Translations under genes and position numbers: made by a program
In this document: positions 52,881 to 64,000 of the stretch, in pieces
How the letters are laid out: each line of letters opens with the position of its first letter
Position numbering within the stretch: the first letter of the stretch is position 1
Origin: Eledone cirrhosa
Taxonomy: Eukaryota
NCBI GenBank assembly: GCA_964016885.1
Contig: OZ024748.1
Location: 54,498,001 to 54,562,000 of the forward strand
Length of the DNA: 64,000 nucleotides
Reading direction: 5' to 3'
Notes under the pieces: generated by a model
The model's database searches: none
Told to the model about the DNA's origin: nothing
The model's input: the letters and a program-made list of their open reading frames with translations, nothing else

Positions 52881-53245
52881 GGAGTAAGTAAGACCCCGAC
52901 GGCTGAGCTCAAGCCGTTTCGACGGCTAATTCTGTACTGAATGAAAAATCAGTTCTGGTATTTAAATAGCCGAACTTGTCAAGGGGCAATTCCATATATG
53001 GTCAAAGAGATAATCACCAGGATTGGTCATCCCACAAGGTAGTAGTAATTCAGCGATGGCAAGTTGGTGGGGGAGGTAGCCAAACCTGCCAGTAGGAGAA
53101 AAGGGGAGAGGGGGCGGAGTAGACCCATTGATGCGTTGGTGGTGCCAGCTACAGCTGGGTGTGAGGTAAAAGAGGAGGCGGAGGAGGGGGAGGAGGTCAA
53201 TACGGTAAGTAGAACGATGAAAATGTAAAACTGTAAATGTAAAAC

Positions 53246-53250
<5 letters not shown>
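52881..53250 (-). mobile_element. P-Q family element, longer 5' form ending at module P
   Basis: ggagtaagtaagaccccgacggctgagctcaagccgtttcgacggctaattctg is the reverse complement of P and abuts (TA)n. Confidence 0.7.
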
Positions 53251-53283
<33 letters not shown>

Positions 53284-53291
53284 CACACATA

Positions 53292-53335
<44 letters not shown>

Positions 53336-53445
53336 CACATATATATACACACTCACACGCATACATACATACACACATATATACAAGTGCATACATATAC
53401 ATATATATACACATAGTGCATACATATACATATATATACACATAG

Positions 53446-53498
<53 letters not shown>

Positions 53499-53565
53499 AA
53501 ATATAATACACATATATACACACACACATATATATATATATACATATACACACACATACACACAT

Positions 53566-53601
<36 letters not shown>

Positions 53602-53694
53602 AAACAAATATATACATATACAAACACACACACACACACACATACATACATATATATATACACACACATATACACATATATAAGGAAAAAGCAC

Positions 53695-53736
<42 letters not shown>

Positions 53737-53739
<3 letters not shown>

Positions 53740-53981
53740 ATATTATATTTTTTGTCATTATATTTTTTGTCTTTATTTGTTAATTTTTCATTCGCACCGT
53801 TTCCGTTCGCTATATGTCTCTCCACCACTCCCCTACACACCCTTTGAACTCTGTTCCCACACACTTCTCACCTGAAGAAGGGCTTATGCCCGAAACGTCG
53901 TCCCCCACCTACCCCCCACTCTCCTGAGCGTGAATTTAATAAACATTTATTGTACTGCCTCTCTGTTCTGTTCAATTTTAC

Positions 53982-53983
<2 letters not shown>
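53737..53983 (+). mobile_element. PLE pseudo-LTR fragment inserted in (TA)n, with a hammerhead-like motif at 53868-53902
   Basis: cac CTGAAGA a gggc ttat gccc GAAA cg TC| gt, then aataaa; (TA)n on both sides. Confidence 0.65.
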
Positions 53984-54031
<48 letters not shown>

Positions 54032-54077
54032 TATATATAGAGATACACAATTCATACATATATTCATATATATATAC

Positions 54078-54140
<63 letters not shown>

Positions 54141-54181
54141 TACATACATATATACACAAATACATACACATATATACACAC

Positions 54182-54262
<81 letters not shown>

Positions 54263-54263
54263 T

Positions 54264-54300
<37 letters not shown>

Positions 54301-54450
54301 AACATACATATACACATATATATACACATACACACACACAATATATATATACACAAATATATACATATACACTCACACACACACACACATACATACATAC
54401 ATACACACATACATACATACATACATACATATACAAATATATATACATAT

Positions 54451-54513
<63 letters not shown>

Positions 54514-54592
54514 CATATATATACATACACACACATATATACATACATACATATACACACACATATATACACACACACACATATACACATAT

Positions 54593-54623
<31 letters not shown>

Positions 54624-54910
54624 TACACATGCATATATATAAATATATATATATATATCCATATATATACATATATACACATACATACACAGACACATAC
54701 ATAAACATACACATATATACAAACATATATACGCATATATACACACATATATACATATATATACACGCATACACACATATACACACCTGCACACACACAC
54801 ATATATACACACACACACATACACACATATATATATATATATATATACACATACATATACATATATACATACATACACATACACATACATACACATATAT
54901 ACACATATAT

Positions 54911-54957
<47 letters not shown>

Positions 54958-55084
54958 TATAGATATATACATATATATATACATACATGAATATACACAC
55001 ATAAAACACATATACAAACATACATATATATATATACATACACATACATATACACACATACACACAAATATATACACATACAAA

Positions 55085-55704
55085 TAAATAAGTACTCAAT
55101 AAATATACGCATATACGCAGACACATAAAAACACCTACAGGCAGAAAATGTTGATAGGAAAGAGGTACTCGCATAACCATAGTGGCCGTATTTCAGGTTG
55201 AGGAGGGCTGGGGTAGGGTGGGAAGGAGGTATAGGGGGCCAATAGGGGGAGGTCGTTTTTAGCCATCGGGCTTTAACACTGGCTTAAAGTGTTTGAAAGT
55301 TGCAAAGTTCTTGTGCATGCAGTTCGAGCAGTGTTCAGAGAGTTTGTTCAGTAGCGGGCCCTTGGCGAATAAAATTTCGTAGCTCTCTGAAATACAAAGG
55401 TCGCAGCCCTTGTGTCCTCCGTTGTAAGAGCGCGCATTCTGGAGTATTTTCCATTTAAGCGTTAAGGGGGTGGAGTTCCTTTTTAGGTCCCAAACGTAGG
55501 AGGCGAGTGTTGTCTGATTTGATTTGTCCGGTTACTGGAGGAGTAGGTATGGGCATACCAACGGGTCTTAAAGTTGTTGGAGGTCATGCCGATGTAAGTT
55601 TTTTTGCAATCCTCGGTGCCTGAGATGACATCGCATTTGTATACGATATCATTTGTGAGGCATTTGTTTTCAAGTGGGCATGCTTCCTTATTAAGGCAAT
55701 TACA
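55085..55704 (-). mobile_element. 5'-truncated Penelope-like retroelement: GIY-YIG endonuclease (55259-55704) plus 3' UTR
   Basis: Manual translation [41 protein letters not shown]../[43 protein letters not shown]; one frameshift; missed by the ORF track. Confidence 0.88.
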
Positions 55705-55768
55705 TATATATATGTATATATATATATGTGTGTATATATGTGTATGTATTTGTGTATATATGTATGTA

Positions 55769-55831
<63 letters not shown>

Positions 55832-55867
55832 GAATATATGTATGAATGGTGTATCTCTCTCTATATG

Positions 55868-55904
<37 letters not shown>

Positions 55905-55920
55905 GTATGTATGTATGGTG

Positions 55921-55957
<37 letters not shown>

Positions 55958-55969
55958 TGTGTGTGTGTG

Positions 55970-56012
<43 letters not shown>

Positions 56013-56075
56013 ATATATGTGTATTATATTTTATGTATATATATATATATATATGTGTATATATATATATATATA

Positions 56076-56263
56076 TTGTTTCTACTTTTGACACAAGGCC
56101 AGCAATTATCCCAGTGTATTACTGGTACTTTATTTTATCGACCCCCTAAGGATGAAAGGCAAAGTTAACCTCGGCGGGATTTGAACTCAGACCATAAAGG
56201 GCCGTAACTCTTTGCTGCAAAGCATGGCGTCCGACCCTCTACCGATACTACCAATCCACCGCC
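56076..56263 (-). mobile_element. SINE-A, young copy
   Basis: Reverse complement matches the consensus. Confidence 0.9.
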
Positions 56264-60562
<4,299 letters not shown>

Positions 60563-60879
60563 GAGGGGATTACATGCACAGAAGCCAGTTTATCTAAATT
60601 GCTGATTCCATATACAGAGACATAGTACGGCCATAAACAAAATGGTGTTGAGTTAAGAAAGACATAAGGTAGTGTGTGGGAATGTGGGAATATAGGAATA
60701 GTGTATTCTAGAACACATCATCTGAGATCAGTGTTCGAGAATTAGTTTCTCATATATCTTGTTTATTGTCATCCATAGTTCCCTTTCTTTACATTTATTT
60801 TCAATTTGTGCTTTTATTTTAGTATTTGAGAACTCACCATCATCACCATCACCACCATAATCACCACCATCATCATCAT

Positions 60880-61297
60880 CATCATCATCACCTTCATCAT
60901 CGACGTTTTTCGTCCGTATTTCAAGACTTGCAGGAGTTGGAGTGGTCTTTTCCAGTACAGGTTATCTCCCTTTGCCGCTTTCCTTCCCGTTGCCTTCATC
61001 TCCCTGTGAAGTTTAGTATTTTTGGATTAGTTCTCATCACCCGTGCCCAGATCTTCCTTGATTTCTTCTATTGCAATTTCCTACCATTGGGATATCTTCG
61101 CACTTCTTTACTCCACGATCAGCTTCCATACGCATCGCATGTTCATACCAGCGCACCCCACTCACTTACATGCTACATCTGATTACTCTTACACCCAGTT
61201 TTTCAGTTATTTTTTTCTCAACTCATCCAAGCTTTGCCTTCAGGTACATTAACATTAGACACCCATCGGAACGCCCTTGCTTCATTCCTCTTCAGGC
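60880..61297 (-). mobile_element. Old RTE LINE 3' fragment
   Basis: LKRNEARAFRWVSN..KLGVRVIRC..RWYEHAMRM..VKKC, homologous to 26338-26829; (ATC)n tail. Confidence 0.75.
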
Positions 61298-61533
61298 CCC
61301 CCCCCCCCCCCCCCCACACACAAACACAAACACAAACACACACACACACACACATATATATATACATATATACATATATACACATATATACATATATAAG
61401 CAGAAGGGATATTTAATTTGTTGGAAATTCAACAAATATAAATGTTTATAACTGATTCAGAGCACTCGACCGTTTCTGGAGTAAATATTCAATGATATTA
61501 AATAAATGGAAACTATATTTATAAAACCATATT

Positions 61534-61595
61534 TATTCTATTATATATATTTCAAGGGTACCAAAAACTTTGGTACGCTTTCATCAGATAAAATA
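61534..61595 (-). ncRNA. Mirror hammerhead ribozyme
   Basis: Exact reverse complement of 61720-61781. Confidence 0.8.
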
Positions 61596-61719
61596 CAAAA
61601 TGTGTTTTATAAATTTTGACATAGCCAAGAAACATATCTTATCAGTTGAATTATCCAAGGAAAATTCAACTGATAAGGTATGTTTCTTGGCTATGTCAAA
61701 ATTTATAAAACACATTTTG

Positions 61720-61781
61720 TATTTTATCTGATGAAAGCGTACCAAAGTTTTTGGTACCCTTGAAATATATATAATAGAATA
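61720..61781 (+). ncRNA. Minimal type-I hammerhead ribozyme
   Basis: tattttat CTGATGA aagcgtaccaaa gtt tttggtaccctt GAAA t atat a TA| atagaata: 8-bp stem I, 11 of 12 pairs in stem II, palindromic stem III. Confidence 0.8.
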
Positions 61782-61852
61782 AATATGGTTTTATAAATAT
61801 AGTTTCCATTTATTTAATATCATTGTGTGTGTATATATATATATATATATAT

Positions 61853-61981
61853 AATCAGATATGGTGTGCTAAGATACCAAGTGGACCATAACGCACCAGG
61901 GTACTTGATACTTACTGCTGCCTTAGTTCGGATATAGCTGTCGAAATGGCCGAAGCTCAGCCGTCGGGGTCCTGACTCTTT

Positions 61982-61986
<5 letters not shown>
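61853..61986. mobile_element. P-Q family mini-element (inverted form, diverged)
   Basis: gtggaccataacgcacca..gtact..atactta, then tagctgtcgaaatggc..gctcagccgtcggggtc; (TA)n on both sides. Confidence 0.7.
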
Positions 61987-62042
<56 letters not shown>

Positions 62043-62581
62043 TGAAAAATGGCGAGCTGTGTTGTTGCAAATAGGATATATATAAAAATGAAGAATTAGA
62101 AATAGAAGCCAGGACTATCTGTCATCAGTGGTCTACTAGCCCTTATAGATATTTCTTCGCATTGCGGACCATATACTTCAGGCTAGGGCGATGCAATAAC
62201 TAAATTAAGTTATTGGGATAAAAAGAGTTGGGTGGAGAAAGAGAGACAGGTAAAGAGAGGAAAAAATGAGAAAAATCAAGTCAATAATTCATGTTGAACA
62301 TAAGAACGTGCGAATATTGACGAGAAAACGAAAGACACATCTTGGCCGTGCGAATGTGAGCGAGGAAAGAATTTCGTACAGTGTGGGACGATGGAGGAAG
62401 TGAGAGAGAGGGTGAGTAGCAGAGTGAGTGAGTGAAAGTGTGAAGAAGAGGCTAGCCGAGAGAGAGAGTGACTAGCAGAGGGGGTGAGTGAAAGTGAGGG
62501 GGAGGAGAGAGAAGGGGGAGAGAGAAAAAGGATAGCAGTTTATATATATTTATACATGTATGTATATATATATATATATAT

Positions 62582-62701
62582 GTGGTAAGGAACCAGGTGG
62601 ACCATAACGCACCAAAGTACTCAATACTTAGGGTAGTAGAGTGGGTACAGAATTAGCCGTCGAAACGGCTTGAGCTCAGCCGTCGGGGTCTTACTTGTTC
62701 C
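62582..62701. mobile_element. P-Q family mini-element (inverted form)
   Basis: Q (62582-62647) joined to P (62645-62701) through a gta overlap; TA flanks. Confidence 0.75.
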
Positions 62702-63299
62702 TATATATACAGTATATATATTGCCGAGGTTATAGGGAATATTCACTATACACCCCGTTTACTCACAATTACTCTGAGGTATGGTTTGAACGTGTATCGA
62801 GCAAAACTTGTCTTTGAGAGCTAACCAAGTGTGTATAGAGAGAAATTCTCATAAACACACATGCACACACATACATGCACATATTCATGTACCTGGACAT
62901 ACATACATGCATATATGATACATTCATCCTTTTATATACACACATACATATATCATACATTCACACACACACACACACACACGATAATTTTTGCATAGAC
63001 TCTAGATGTCTGTGATATAGGTTACTTTACTTATTCAAGAAAATTTGGGAAAATGACAAAACATATACCACACATACACACCTGTATATATACGTACATA
63101 TATATATATATATACACATACATACTCAGACACATATATACATACATATTCATACAGACACACATGTATATATACGTACATACATACACATGGATGCTTG
63201 CATACATACATGCATATATACTCACAGACACACGTATATATATATATGCATACAAACACACATATACATACACACACACAGACACACGAGTATATATAC

Positions 63300-63377
<78 letters not shown>

Positions 63378-64000
63378 GCATACTCACACAAACTCGTATA
63401 TATATATATATATGCATACATACATACATACATACATACACTCATTCATATACAGGTGTATACATTCACATACAGACACAATTATATACATACGTACATA
63501 TACATGGTGTATATATACACACGTACATACACACATACATACATACATACATACATACATACATACATACATACATACATACATACATACATACATACAT
63601 ACATACATGTATGTAGATAAAAAGTTAAAGAAACTGTGAAACAAAGAAAAAAGTGAGAAATAAAAGGTTGCAAGAATGTGTAAAAGACAGAAGATAAAGA
63701 AATGTAGAAAAGTTATGGCGTTAAGACATTTGTGCCATGGAGATATTTTGGCTGTAGAGTTTGGCGATCTTACAAGAGATTCCACTGCATCAAAGATTCT
63801 ACTTTAAATGTCTTTGTTTTTACTGTCACCTGAAAGAATTGTATGTGTGGTGTGGTGTGTAGTGGTGGTGGTGTGATGGTGATGTGTAGTGATGGTGTGG
63901 TGTGGTGGCGGTGGTGGTGTTGTTAGGCCTGTGGTGGTGGTGTGATAGTGATGTGTAGTGGTGGTGGTGTTGCTAGGCCTGTGGTGGTGGTGTGTGGTGG

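Larger units (their letters stand above)
61400..61825. mobile_element. PLE-type palindromic element (~167-bp arms, 61490-61825) plus a 90-bp tail
   Basis: Near-perfect hairpin centred at 61657/61658; a hammerhead in each arm; microsatellite flanks. Confidence 0.8.

Noticed and set aside
63765-63835. Minus-strand acceptor tttcag|G with a short terminal ORF
   Set aside because: At most 19 codons, with no recognisable homology

Overview
AT-rich, repeat-saturated eukaryotic DNA. The tRNA-derived SINE families, RTE LINEs and dense TA/CA/CCA microsatellites match what I recall from octopod cephalopod genomes; this is an inference, not a database result. I find no convincing host gene, and nearly all long ORFs in the track are translations of simple repeats. 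Recognisable content: about 18 copies of one SINE family plus three other SINE types, three RTE LINE fragments (one with a PHD finger inside the RT), a mariner remnant, MITEs, a non-autonomous Helitron, a Penelope-like (PLE) GIY-YIG endonuclease fragment, several minisatellites, an 8-kb G-rich 35-bp satellite and a 200-N gap. The most interesting signal is a set of small elements from several unrelated families inserted into (TA)n tracts. Many carry minimal type-I hammerhead ribozyme motifs, two of them with a compensatory U3-A8 core. Several share one layout: an inverted 'tail' joined to a 3' terminus that stops at a fixed internal TA, or a long palindrome. This fits PLE-driven, TA-targeted, twin-primed retrotransposition.
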